From assembly GCA_002269645.1 (NCBI GenBank), contig NIVC01001597.1, forward strand, positions 248,001 through 312,000: a stretch of DNA of 64,000 nt. Direction: 5' to 3'. This DNA comes from Macrostomum lignano (Eukaryota). The notes beneath the pieces were generated by a model that worked only from the letters and a program-made list of their open reading frames with translations, was not told the origin of the DNA and did not search any database. Position 1 is the first letter of the stretch. The number at the start of each line of letters is the position of its first letter. Of this stretch, positions 1-13,181 are shown one piece after another. The translations under genes and the position numbers were made by a program.

Positions 1-717
1 CACCACTTGGTCTGCATCCTGAGCGGCGTGTGGGTTCTGCGACCCGACTTTGTGATCTTCTGGTACAGCAGCGAGCCGAAGGGACAAAACTGGGACCTGC
101 TGAAGCGAAACCTCACCGAGTCCGGTGTGTGGTTCACCAAAGTGTTGCTGGCTCACAGAAGTGTGCCAAAGTCGGTGTACACCCAGCCAGTGCTGATCAG
201 AGAGCACCAGTCCGACGTCATTCGAATGGAGGCGCTGCTGGTTTTCGGCGGAGTGTACTTGGACCTCGACGTGATCTCGCTGAGATCGATGCAGCCGTTG
301 AGAAACTACTCGTTCACCATCGGTCGGGAGCTGCCTCAGAACCTGTGCAACGGAGTGTTCTTGTCAGCGCCGAACTCGACACTGCTGGCTCTGTGGCACG
401 TGGCCTACCAGTCACTGGACGACTCCGGCTGGGGTGAGCACTCGCTGATGCTGCCCAACCGGCTGTGCCACGCATTTCCTGAGCACTGCCACGTTGAGCA
501 GGACAGCATGGACCGGCCGAACTTTCTAGCAAAGGAGATTGTGCTCATCTACGGTAAACAGAGAGGCTGGGACTGGCGCAAGAAGAACTACGCAATGCAC
601 CTGTGGTACCGTATGCACAAGCGCAAGTACAACATGGAGAGCATTAAGCACGTCGACTCAATGCTAGGCGACATGTTTCGATTTGTTTTGTTTGGTAACA
701 GCACGCTTGTAACCTGA
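1..717 (+). CDS. Glycosyltransferase family 32 (A4GALT/A4GNT-like alpha-1,4-glycosyltransferase), copy 1, 5' part outside window
   Basis: ORF with the GT32 signature HQSDVIRMEALLVFGGVYLDLDV (DxD) and LCNGVFLSAPNSTLL; nearly identical to 5985-6650; stop at 715-717. Confidence 0.88.
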   Translation, partial: HHLVCILSGVWVLRPDFVIFWYSSEPKGQNWDLLKRNLTESGVWFTKVLLAHRSVPKSVYTQPVLIREHQSDVIRMEALLVFGGVYLDLDVISLRSMQPLRNYSFTIGRELPQNLCNGVFLSAPNSTLLALWHVAYQSLDDSGWGEHSLMLPNRLCHAFPEHCHVEQDSMDRPNFLAKEIVLIYGKQRGWDWRKKNYAMHLWYRMHKRKYNMESIKHVDSMLGDMFRFVLFGNSTLVT

Positions 718-1141
718 GAAATATCAGCTGAAGTTTGCAATAAATATTGTAACTGGTTCCAAGCTTTTTTTCAGCCAGTAAACTTATTAAACTCTTCTTT
801 TCGAAGCACAGATAAAAATGCGTACTGTAATGTAAAGAGTTCATGTTACTGAATATATAGTGTCGGTATAAGTTTTATGCAATTGTCAATTTTAGAAAGA
901 CTTGTTATACACATTATTTTGTTTGCAATTTTGTTTACCGATCGCCCTGCGACAGATGTACAGGCTAGTGTTGCTGCTAGCCTGTGGTTAACATGCAGAG
1001 AACGTCGTTCTCGTGCGATCAGACGACACTAAGGCTTCAATGTTAGTTCATATACAGTACGAGCGTGACTTTATTTTCAATTCAACAGTAGCTATTGAAC
1101 CAGTTAATACGAGCTAGCTTGAATCTCCTGACTCAGTAATA

Positions 1142-3138
1142 TGATGGGTTTCGACCTTTCAGGCCCCTTGTGAGGAAGCCTTCGGGCCTCAGGCCTCAGA
1201 AATAAATCAATTAGAGTCCTGGCCCCCCACTCCTGTCAGATGGTCAGCCCCATGGTAGCTTGATCGTGTGGCGAGCAGTCTAGGTCCTATAGCTAAGAGA
1301 GGGACAGCGAGAGACAAGCAGGGAGAATTTTGAAGGTAGAAATTAGCTAATCCGCAGACTAAGCTAACTCGCTGCCACCAGCCCCGTACGTCCTGGCTCA
1401 CCACACCGGGACTCTCGAAATCGGGCTTCCGACTAGAAGGGGCTTTGCACTTACCTGCCAACTAGTGTCTTTTTGCTGTCAATCTCGAAGTCATAGCCGA
1501 TGATAAGGGACACTGCTGGGACTAGATCGCATTGGCCATGCAGGTACAGAGGGGACTTGTGCAGGGGATTCTTGCAGTGGCGAGTCTATGGGGTAGCTAC
1601 ATGTACTATTACATTGCTAAATACGAAGATATGTACTTTTGGCCTTCAACGCGCCAACTAGCCTCTCATAGCGCTGATGATAGACTAACTCGAACTTCAG
1701 AGACCTCGCATGATTCATTACCCGAGCCGCTTGGCTAACCTAGAGTGCACAAAGTACATCTCTGGCGCCGATTCTGCACTTCTGGCAGTTTTGCTCACTG
1801 ATTTGATTGATTGATCGACTGAGAACTGCCTTGCCATTGGTCCACTGTGACCGGCGCCTACTAGCTTAGCTACTCATCTGAGCCGTCGGCGAACAAAGAA
1901 ATAAAACCGATAAAAATAACTGTTAGATTTGACCTTCTCCTTAGATCACTTCACACCTCAGATTGAATTGGAGTTTCAGACTACTAGCAGTATTATTAAG
2001 TGATTTCTGCCTCAGTAACAGCACTACTGAACAAAATGAGCAAAAGTGTGCGCCTAATCCAGCTACTGAAACAGGGGACAGATAGGGAATCACCCAATCA
2101 AGCAAGTCTAGGTAGCCTCTCACCCAACCAATCAGAAACTCAACAGCCGGAGACCAGGTAATCCACAGTGACCGAATCGGCTTGATGCTCTGTAGCTGTA
2201 GACTCGGGATGATGCTGACACAATCTTCGCTGATAGCTAGCAGGTGATGATCTTCGCTTGATATTCGCTGCTGATGACCGGGGGACTCGTCCTTGATGAT
2301 GATGGGGGGGGGGGGGAAGTCGCAATCCGGGGATCAAGAAACGACGGTCAGGCTCCGGGAGGTCTCTAGCTAGGCCAAGTTCCCAGGAGGTTGAGGTCCG
2401 AGCGGGCCAAAAACACCGGTTTAAATAGCCGCCAACTGGACCGCAGTTTGTTATAATGGAACACGTCGATTCTGATTGGCTGAGCCGTTTTGTTAAAATG
2501 AGCGTCGAATTTTCTGATTGACTAAGCTTGTTGCTACCCAGAATCACGTGACCGAGAGATCCTATCAGTTCCCACAGGGTCGTAAAAAGATGACAGGTGC
2601 GGCCATAAATCAATCAAAATCGCAACAAAATAATTTATGACTTTTCGCGTAGGATTGACAGAAATTAATGAAAAAATATACATTAGAAAGCTCTTATTAA
2701 ATAGAAAGTGAAGATAATGAAGAGAAATTGCTAATCACTAATCCCAAAGTACTTTTAGGGGTAAAACGCATAGCTGTCAAAGCTGTCACACGCTTGAGTG
2801 AACACGAACAATAGGCCCTGACCTCATAAATCTTGATGGCCTGTCAAAATGATGAGAAAAAAGCTACCGCCCGCATCCCCTCAGACCATCTGGCGCCCGC
2901 CTCAACACTGAGTGAGGCGCAGGTGGCTGTCAGACCAGCTTCGAAAGCGATGATTTATGACCCAAAAAGCAATGCCTATGTTATTATGACTACTAGTATG
3001 GCCAGACATTATATCTAGTATAGATTCTATGACAATTTGCAGAAAAAGGATAAAAATGCCCATTGCCCACTGTTAGTAGGCAAGTAAGTTCAGAGCCATG
3101 TGCTGGCGCGGGATTTGGGAAAAAGTGCGTCCTCATCA
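1142..3138 (-). mobile_element. Solo LTR (about 2.0 kb), copy A
   Basis: TGATG...CATCA termini, 4-bp TSD AATA (1138-1141 and 3139-3142), homologous in reverse complement to 13182-15188; CCAAT boxes and TATA-like motif; no coding capacity. Confidence 0.8.
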
Positions 3139-3329
3139 AATATAGCTGGCAAATGATTTAGGCAAGTCGATTGGGTCTTTTTATTTGGTCAAATTCAATA
3201 ACATACCTGATATGGAGCACGTGAAAGAATTAACACTGACAATGACTACGGAGCACAGGGCAAAGATACCTCACTAAATTTACTAGGTAGTTCTAACTTT
3301 CACATGGTGTAAATAGTGGGTCCCAAGGT

Positions 3330-4808
3330 TCGTAAATGACCAGATTAGGCGGAACGCCACGAGGAGACTGGCGCAACTCGATCATGCGCTGGTTCGCATG
3401 AGCGAGCGCCGCCTCATCACCATGGCTCCGCTGGCTCCCCGATCAGACCATCGACCTCTGATCTGCGACTTGCGGCTCAACGACCAGCTCTACCGACCAC
3501 CAAAGCAGCAGCCACGGCGCTACTATCGCGCTCTGTCGGACACCCGCGTGAAGCGTCGATTCGCGGGCGCCTTCGTCGGCGCGCTTGGAGACCAGCGAGG
3601 CGAAGTATTCCGACATCAGCACCGCCGTTAGAGCCGTTGCGGAGCAGAAGGTCCCGCTGATGCGAAATCGCTGCCTGTCTGGCAGAGCGACCCGACCATC
3701 AGGCAGGCGCGGTTCAACATCGAGCGACTCTGCAGAAACCGGTGGCCCACGGGCGATGCTGAAGACGCGTTTAAGCGCCTTATAGATAAGCGGCAACAGG
3801 CCGCTGTCGACGACGCCGTCCGGTCCATCACTGCAGCCGGCACCGACCTGAAGAGCGGCAGTGTGGACGGCCGACGGAGGCGCAAAAAGTGCGTGGCGCT
3901 GAATTTAGCCGGTGACACCCTGGAGGAATGCAGGAATGAATCGCGCGACTTTTTCGCCGGCATCGTGAACGCGTTCGTGTCGCCGCTGTCTGTTAGTTTT
4001 GCGCTCCCACCGGACACGCCGCTCCCAGCTGAGGAGGACTTCTGCACCAGACCAGTCTCCACGGAGGACGTTGTGCTGTTCGCTCAGAAAATATCAGGCG
4101 GCAAGGCGCTCGGTCCCGACGAAGTCCCGGTCGAGCCGCTGTGTGGCCTCCCAGGTCACAGGCGTCATGAACCGCGTGCTCGCTGGTGCCCCCGCGCCCA
4201 CGGAGTGGACCGTTGGGCACATCGCGCCGATCCCGAAGAAGGCAGGGACAACGCGGAAAGACCACCGCGGGATCTCGCTGATGTCCTGCACCGCGAAGCT
4301 TCAACCGGCTGCTGCTCGATCGTCTGCAGTCGGTGCTGGACCCGTACCTGCCGTACGAGCAGAACGGATTCCGGCCGCAACGCGGTACAGTGACACATAT
4401 CCTGGCACTCCGCCGTGCCATCGAGGAGCCGCGTATCCGCCAGTCTACGCTGATCATTGTCTTCGTTGACTTTCTAAAGTCGTTTGACTCGGTGCTGAGA
4501 GCCGCGCGTCTTCGAGCCTACCGGGTCCCGCAGCAGCTAATCGACGCTGTCATGGCGTTGTATTGCGACACTCGAGCTGCTGTGGTGACGGCGGACCGCC
4601 TGTCTGACCTGTTCGACACTTAATCAGAAGTTCTGCAGGGCGACACGCTGGCGCCGTTCCTCTACGCGCTGCTGCTGGACTGAGTGCTTCGAACCGCACT
4701 CCCCTCGGCTGACGACGGCTTCCTGCTGCGCAGACGTATCAGTCACCGCCACGGCGAAAAGCGCCTGAGCGTGCTTGGCTACGTCGACGACCTCGCTCTC
4801 CTGTCTAC
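3330..4808 (+). pseudogene. Degenerate non-LTR retrotransposon fragment (APE endonuclease C-terminus plus RT; RTE-like)
   Basis: QLDHALV...SDHRPLICDL (endonuclease end), GKALGPDEVP, HRGISLMS, QNGFRPQR, FVDFLKSFDSV, LQGDTLAPFL and YVDDLAL; several frameshifts and stops; truncated just after the YxDD motif. Confidence 0.85.
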
Positions 4809-5214
4809 CAGTCTACCAGTTTACCAGCGTTGTAGATAGAGATCCGATTTTTTACTGGTTGACCGTCGTAAAAATGAAATTCGCAACTTGTTTATGAAGA
4901 TATCCTCTTACACCTACTTGGCGTCAAAAGTATGCGTCGCACTCAGCTAAGGTGTACAATTCTCTGTACGCGCCTGTGTGTATGCAACTGTACAGGGCTG
5001 CTGTAAACCACTGATAAGAAATAACACGGCTGAAATGCCTTCCTCGCTCAAGCGCTACATGTAATATAATAATAGGTACAGCTAAATTTCAGGAGTTGAC
5101 TATAAAAAAGTTAGCCAACCGACTAACCTCAATATGCAAGCACGTTAGAGCTCAGCCTATCCCCATACTAACCGTTGAATTTTCTATATCCTCAGATCAC
5201 CGTTAGATCTCTAG

Positions 5215-6700
5215 ATGCCGAACTGCAGCACAAGCCAGAGCCGCCGTGGATTCGCCATCCTTCTAGCAATTTCCGTGTGCCTGACCTTGGCGTATTGGAC
5301 ATTGGCTAAAGCATACACACCTGGTAAATATTTTACAATAAGTTTGAATGTACAGTGGACAGTGGATAAGCGCATATAAGTAATTGAATGACACGAATTC
5401 CTGTCTGTGCCTGCTGTGCGCTCGTAAGAAGAGGAAAATGGTTATAGAATTTGTTGTATTTTATTATAATAGAACGATTTTTAGCTTTTAGATAAAGTTG
5501 CTTCTGATGCGGTAAATTCCGAGAGTAGAACTCATTTTTCATGAGTAAAATATTAGGCAATGGATAGAAATCAATCTATAAAAATTTCTGATTGACGGAC
5601 ATTACACTGCTAAAATTTTTTTGGTTACATTTTATATTATCGAATTTCAGATAACAGCACGATCTACTCACGTGAAGAGCTAAAAAATCAATCGTCAATT
5701 GCAAGGCCTTCCTCTATGCACAACTTGATGTTGACTTTCTAGTTGAAAAATTCGATTTGTTGAAGAAGATCGTGAAACCACTGGCAAGGAAATACGAATC
5801 GAAGGTGGACCAGCTGATGGTGCATCGGCTTCCCGTGGTTGACACGAAGCACTGGGAGCTGCGCAGACCCAACGGTGAGCGGCTGTCTGTTCAAGCAGTG
5901 CAGCAGCTGCTCAGAGATCCCAACTACAAAGTGCCGAACGCTGTGCACTACATCCTGCCATTCAGCGATCCGGTGATCCAGTTTCACCACTTGGTCTGCA
6001 TCCTGAGCGGCGTGTGGGTTCTGCGACCCGACTTTGTGATCTTCTGGTACAGCAGCGAGCCGAAGGGACAAAACTGGACCTGCTGAAGCGAAACCTCACC
6101 GAGTCCGGTGTGTGGTTCACCAAAGTGTTGCTGGCTCACAGAAGTGTGCCAAAGTCGGTGTACACCCAGCCAGTGCTGATCAGAGAGCACCAGTCCGACG
6201 TCATTCGAATGGAGGCGCTGCTGGTTTTCGGCGGAGTGTACTTGGACCTCGACGTGATCTCGCTGAGATCGATGCAGCCGTTGAGAAACTACTCGTTCAC
6301 CATCGGTCGGGAGCTGCCTCAGAACCTGTGCAACGGAGTGTTCTTGTCAGCGCCGAACTCGACACTGCTGGCTCTGTGGCACGTGGCCTACCAGTCACTG
6401 GACGACTCCGGCTGGGGTGAGCACTCGCTGATGCTGCCCAACCAGCTGTGCCACGCATTTCCTGAGCACTGCCACGTTGAGCAGGACAGCATGGACCGTC
6501 CGAACTTTCTAGCAAAGGAGATTGTGCTCATCTACGGTAAACAGAGAGGCTGGGAATGGCGCAAGAAGAACTACGCAATGCACCTGTGGTACCGTATGCA
6601 CAAGCGCAAGTACAACATGGAGAGCATTAAGCACGTCGACTCAATGCTCGGCGACATGTTCAGATTCGTATTGTTCGGAAATAGCAGCTTGCAACACTGA
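5215..6700 (+). CDS. GT32 alpha-1,4-glycosyltransferase, copy 2; exons 5215-5323 and 5651-6700, type II membrane anchor
   Basis: Exon 1 MPNCSTSQSRRGFAILLAISVCLTLAYWTLAKAYTP with GTAAAT donor; TTCAG acceptor at 5650; two single-base deletions in homopolymers (A6 5682-5687; GG 6076-6077 where copy 1 has GGG) break the frame. Confidence 0.82.
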
Positions 6701-7448
6701 AAATGTTGCAATAACGTTTGAGAAACTTACAGACACTCAAACCTCACATACCCTCATAGTCTCACAATAACAAAATGCTTCGTATTTTACGCGATCAAAA
6801 AATAACATGGTAGCATTTAAATTCAACGACGTCTCGTGAAAAATGGTACCCGTTTTTCCAAAAGATGAACGTCTGCTCACGATTCCCATGTTTCATTGCT
6901 TCTATTATAGCTACTCTAAGTAGCATAGAGCAATTATAGCATTTGAATGTTGTAAATTTAGATAGTAGACATTCGATGTGTACGCGAATATTGCAATAAA
7001 TCTGAACACAACGGCTGTAGACGGTACTCGATCCACGTCTACGAGCGTGTTATATTACATGCAAGGACTACTCAAGTAACATATATATATCTACTTAAGT
7101 TGTCCTTGATTACATGTGCTACGAACTAATTGAAGGATATACAGCAGTAAAACACAAGCAAAAAATTACCACAGCACATTAATATACTCGAGCATTTATT
7201 ATAACAGATCAGTTGAGAATAGAATCAACAAATTTAACGATCCTTTCTTAAGACGCGAATGCTACAAATACTTTGATTAAGCGTTAAAGTTTAAAAGCTT
7301 GCTTGATTTACGCGAAGAAACAAAACGATTACTACGATTTGCATGTACGATCTTTTGGCATTTGCTTTGCTTCTACGAATACTACTGGAAACTTGGTCAA
7401 CAACGACGAAAGTGTCCAACTGCTGTTTTCTCTTGATGAAATTTCAAA

Positions 7449-8309
7449 TTAAATTAATGCTGTTATTTGACCGCTCATTGAACTGTGTCTCACCTGGCGC
7501 ACCTCGCTGCGCCAACGATTCAATCGCCTCTTCCGCAGTACGATAAATATCGCTACTGATGCTAAAACGAATACGGCACCTATCGCAGTAGTAGTCAGAG
7601 CCGCTGACAGTGTATGCATGTCGTTGATGCCAGCTGGTGATATTCTAACAAACTGTTGCTGTCGTAGTTCTTGTCTTAATATAGCCTCAGCACAGTAGTT
7701 ATTGTCGCTGCAGGCAAACTCCAGCATGCGATACCCCTTCAGACCTTTTGTGTCCACAAGGTACGCAAGGCTCAGAGGATCGGCAATGCAGGCGACCTCT
7801 CCGACTCGTTTTTCTCCTAGCACAACCAGACTGTAGTTAACACACATCGATCTTAATGCGTCGTCTGTCCCGCAACGACGCGACAGGCCGTTCTTTTGAT
7901 TGACACAAACTGCACTACCGTCTGCAGTAGGAGTGGCAAATGCAAAGTCCGCAATGCGTCGATGGCTACCACGTGGGCGTGAGCCTGCGTAGAGTTGTTT
8001 ATCGGCGCAAGAAAGATCCAAGGCAAGCAGTCTGCTCCTGCTCTTCTGGTGTAAGCTCGGCGGCAGCGGTGGGATTGCCACAAACGCTCGTGCCCAGCAG
8101 CCTGACTGACAAGCTGCGATGCTGCTTCGAGAGAGAGCATCCGTGCTGCTCGCGTTGATGCAATCAACAAGTCCTTGACAACGAAAGCTACGACAATAAA
8201 GCGACGAAATCGTCTGCTTCAACTGTTGCGAACATACAGTCGGACAAGCAAATATTAACTGTTTGATGACCGCTAATAGAACTATGTTTAGTTGAGCATT
8301 CAGAACCAT
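7449..8309 (-). CDS. Intronless uncharacterised type-I membrane protein with Cys-rich ectodomain (286 aa)
   Basis: True ATG start, signal-peptide-like N-terminus, 14 Cys, NAS/NYS sequons, TM segment AIGAVFVLASVAIFIVL followed by RKRR stop-transfer. Confidence 0.65.
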   Translation of the reverse strand: MVLNAQLNIVLLAVIKQLIFACPTVCSQQLKQTISSLYCRSFRCQGLVDCINASSTDALSRSSIAACQSGCWARAFVAIPPLPPSLHQKSRSRLLALDLSCADKQLYAGSRPRGSHRRIADFAFATPTADGSAVCVNQKNGLSRRCGTDDALRSMCVNYSLVVLGEKRVGEVACIADPLSLAYLVDTKGLKGYRMLEFACSDNNYCAEAILRQELRQQQFVRISPAGINDMHTLSAALTTTAIGAVFVLASVAIFIVLRKRRLNRWRSEVRQVRHSSMSGQITALI

Positions 8310-9292
8310 AGGAAAGCTATTTAGAAGCTAAACTTGATTGAGTTCAGATGCATGCATTGATTGCTCCAACCAAAGCATTGGTTTCTATATATACATACTT
8401 ATGGGCACGCGTGATTGGTTCCCTCTAAATTGCAATCTGAATCTATACTCACTTTGGTATAAAGTGAAGCATCTAGAGATTCTGTGTTAGCTCACCGTTA
8501 GAAAATGAGCTTATATAAACAATACAAAAGGCAAGAGTGGACAGCAGGATCCTGAACCCAGATTAACGGTTGTTAACTGCAACTTAGTTGATCCAAGCGG
8601 TCATTCCCAGGATCACTTAACCGAGAGGTAGCGAGCAATTAGGATCCTGCCCATTCAATAGCGATGAGTCATCTGCTTCACCTCACCTGCCGTAGCAATT
8701 TTTCCTCTTCCTTCATCGCACAGTTCAGAAATTAGATAGGACCTACATCGACGGGCTCCTAAGATCGTGGTGATCTCCTTGGCAAGGTGAGATAGCATCG
8801 ATTCCCTTAATTATGTGCTCCAATCTTTCTGTTCAAATTGTCGCATTACGATCCAGTGATCTAACGTCACTTGTGATAGCTATCGAAGTTTTCATTGGAA
8901 AGAATTTTGAGAAAGAAAGAAGCCTGTAAAATGAGACAAAAAGCCCAGGAATTGTGGTACGAGCTGAGTTAGTATGCAGCCAAAGCACGAATCTTTGTGT
9001 GTAGACTTACAATTGAAGCTTAGCCTGGCGTACTAAAAGGGTATATAGAAAGATGCAGGTCGCATATTGTCTTCTGTGTTTCTGCGTTCGCATCTGAGTT
9101 TGTGTGTGCATGCATATTTTCAAGGCTTATATATTGACACTTAGAAGCTACAAAACCATTCCACAATCTTCTCTATTCAAACACTGAATGAAGACTCTCT
9201 ATTGAGAGCTCTGCCTTTCGAAAAAAACAGTCTAGATGTCGCTTTACAGCTCCAATTCAGTGCTCGCTGGTCAGCACTCAGCTGCCGGATCG

Positions 9293-10734
<1,442 letters not shown>

Positions 10735-10979
10735 CTGTCCTTATATTACTCATACAATTTTATGCAAATAAGTGCATGTACGTTAGTCATCAAGTTTTGG
10801 TGTTAGGAATTTTTTAAATATTTTATGCAGCATATTGACAAAATATACGTCCTGCTTATACACACTCGTACTATATACATGTAGTACCGCTCGATCTGGG
10901 TGGGGTTTCCCTGTAGATAATTACCGGTCTATACTAAAAAACCTATCTCGAGAGCATATACTAATGTGTTTAGCTAGTA

Positions 10980-11460
10980 CAGGGGCGTCGCCAACGGGGG
11001 GACAGGGGGACATGCCCCCCCCCCAGTAAAAGATCTGGGGGGGCATGCCAATGCTTTGTCCCCCACCCCACCTTGTGCCCGTTGTGGAAATCAATAATTT
11101 TGCTGCATGGCGACAAAAAATAGCACCTGCAGCGCTAAAATGGTGCCTGCGGCACTAAAATGGTGCCTGCGGCGCTAAAACGAGTGCCTGCGGCGCTAAA
11201 ATGAGTTCTTGTGGTGCTAAAATGAGTGCCTGCGGCGCTAGAATGAGTTAGAATGAGCTAGAATGCGCTAGAATGAGAATGATGCCCCTTCGGCATCATT
11301 TTAGCGCTTGTGGCGCTAAAATGAGTCACCGTGGCGCTAAAATGAGTGCTGACAACATCGATTCTGAGAAGAATGTACATGTAAGAATTTAGTCGTTTAC
11401 ATGTACATGTACATCATGTACATGTAGAATTCTTGGCTTTGTCCCCCCACCATAAAGCAA
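10980..11460 (+). mobile_element. Partial MITE-like element with left TIR CAGGGGCGTCGCCA and a short internal 20-bp array
   Basis: TIR is the exact inverse of 38050-38063; internal GCGCTAAAATGAGTGCCTGC units and the subterminal tract resemble 36878-38063; right end degenerate, no TSD. Confidence 0.55.
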
Positions 11461-11717
11461 TGCCGAATTAAATTTCCAACCGGCATCCAGCTCATTTCTA
11501 AAAAAACAAATTTTACACTCTGCTGTGCACATAGTGCATGTAAATGTAAATATATCTATATATACAGCTTCATGTGCACTACTGGTATTACGGGTGCATG
11601 TGAATTTAACATCAATTATAATTATCGTAAATATATATAAATGTATAGTACATGTAATTTGCTCTATTATAAAGTTTTATCCTTCTGCGTTGATAATCTG
11701 ACATGCTTACCTTAAAT

Positions 11718-13060
11718 CAGGGTTCGGCAAACTTTTACATCGAGGGCCATGCAGACAATGAGTCTAGATCATTGCTGCGGGCCAGGTGAGAAAGAAATGG
11801 GGAATAGATCAGAGAGAAGAGGAAAGAGGAGATGAGAGATGAGAGAATATATGAGAGGTGAGAGGCGGGATAAAAGATGAGATGAGAGAGAAGATAAGAG
11901 GAGAGATGAGAAGACAGCTATAGGAGAGGAGAGAACCAGTGTTGGGCACCGTTAATGAAAATCTTAACTTCCGTTAATAGCAAAAGCGTTAGCGTTAAAA
12001 CAAAAAGATCTTAACTTTTTAACTCCTAATTTCGTTAAGTTAACTGAAAGTTAACTGATAATCGTTAATAAGCGTTAATCCGTTAAAGTTAACACAGAAA
12101 ATACGGAAATCTTGCACGTTTTTTCCAAAACAGACTTCGTATTGCACGTCTAGTTGCTATTCCATCTTTAAGCGAAACACAGAGGTCATCTAAGCGATTT
12201 GAAAGCTAAAAAAGTAATAAATAATCATTTTAAAAACTTGCATGCATAATACTACTAAAAGTAAAGCATATGGTAAAAAAAGAAACTTTTTTATTTGACA
12301 CTTAAAAGCTAATAGCGAGAAATTCATAATTAAATACGCATAGGAAGGTTGTTTCAGTACCATTAGCAGGCGCAGCAGAAAGTTGCGAAAGATTGGGACA
12401 GAAGTGAATCAAAGCGATCGATGCTCACGCGCAAGAAATAAAGTTTCACACTATTTTAATTCATTATTTTAAAGTTTATTTGTAAGAAGTTGTTAATTAC
12501 ATGTACGTCTGTATGATCATCGTCATAAATAAAGAGATTATATTTAGGCATATAGGTAGCTCAAATACGTTCGTAATGTTTAAACTTCTTGTAAGACTTC
12601 TATTTTGCGTTCCTTCTTTGCGTCTTTGGTCATTGACATAGACACTACCGTTAACGATGAATTTATCGTTAATTCACAAAAGTTTTAACGCAAATTCGTT
12701 AATCCGTTAGTTCAAAAAATTCTTAACGACAGTCCGTTAACGTTAATGAAAAATCTTAACGCTTATTAACGCTTATTAACGGATTAACGCTTATTAACGG
12801 ACTGGTGCCCAACACTGGAGAGAACAAAATTAGGAGAGGAGTTGAGAGGGGAGAGGAGAGAGATGAGAGAAGATGAGAAGAGAGAGATGAGATGAGAGTG
12901 GAGACGGGGAGAGGAGAGAAAAGAGAGAAGACGGGAGAGAGGAGAGGAGAGACAAACCACGAACAAGCGCGGTTTTAAATTATAAAGGACCCGCAAGGGC
13001 TGGATAGAGGCTTCAGAGAGCCGCATGGCCCGCAGGCCGTAGTTTGCCGACCGCTAGCTG
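11718..13060. mobile_element. Non-autonomous hAT (Charlie-like) element
   Basis: Termini CAGGGTTCGGCAAAC ... GTTTGCCGACCGCTAGCTG; 8-bp TSD CCTTAAAT (11710-11717, 13061-13068); GA-rich interior. Confidence 0.8.
11937..12817. mobile_element. Non-autonomous hAT element nested in the previous one
   Basis: TIR CAGTGTTGGGCAC / GTGCCCAACACTG; 8-bp TSD GAGAGAAC; many subterminal CGTTAA/TTAACG motifs. Confidence 0.88.
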
Positions 13061-13181
13061 CCTTAAATCGATTTAGCGCGGCTTTAGTGTCCGATGGAGA
13101 GCTTAAGATCGTAGTGCAGAAGCCATGTACTATGTCACTGTACTGTCAATGTCAATGTCTGTCTGCTTTTTTACAGTATAC

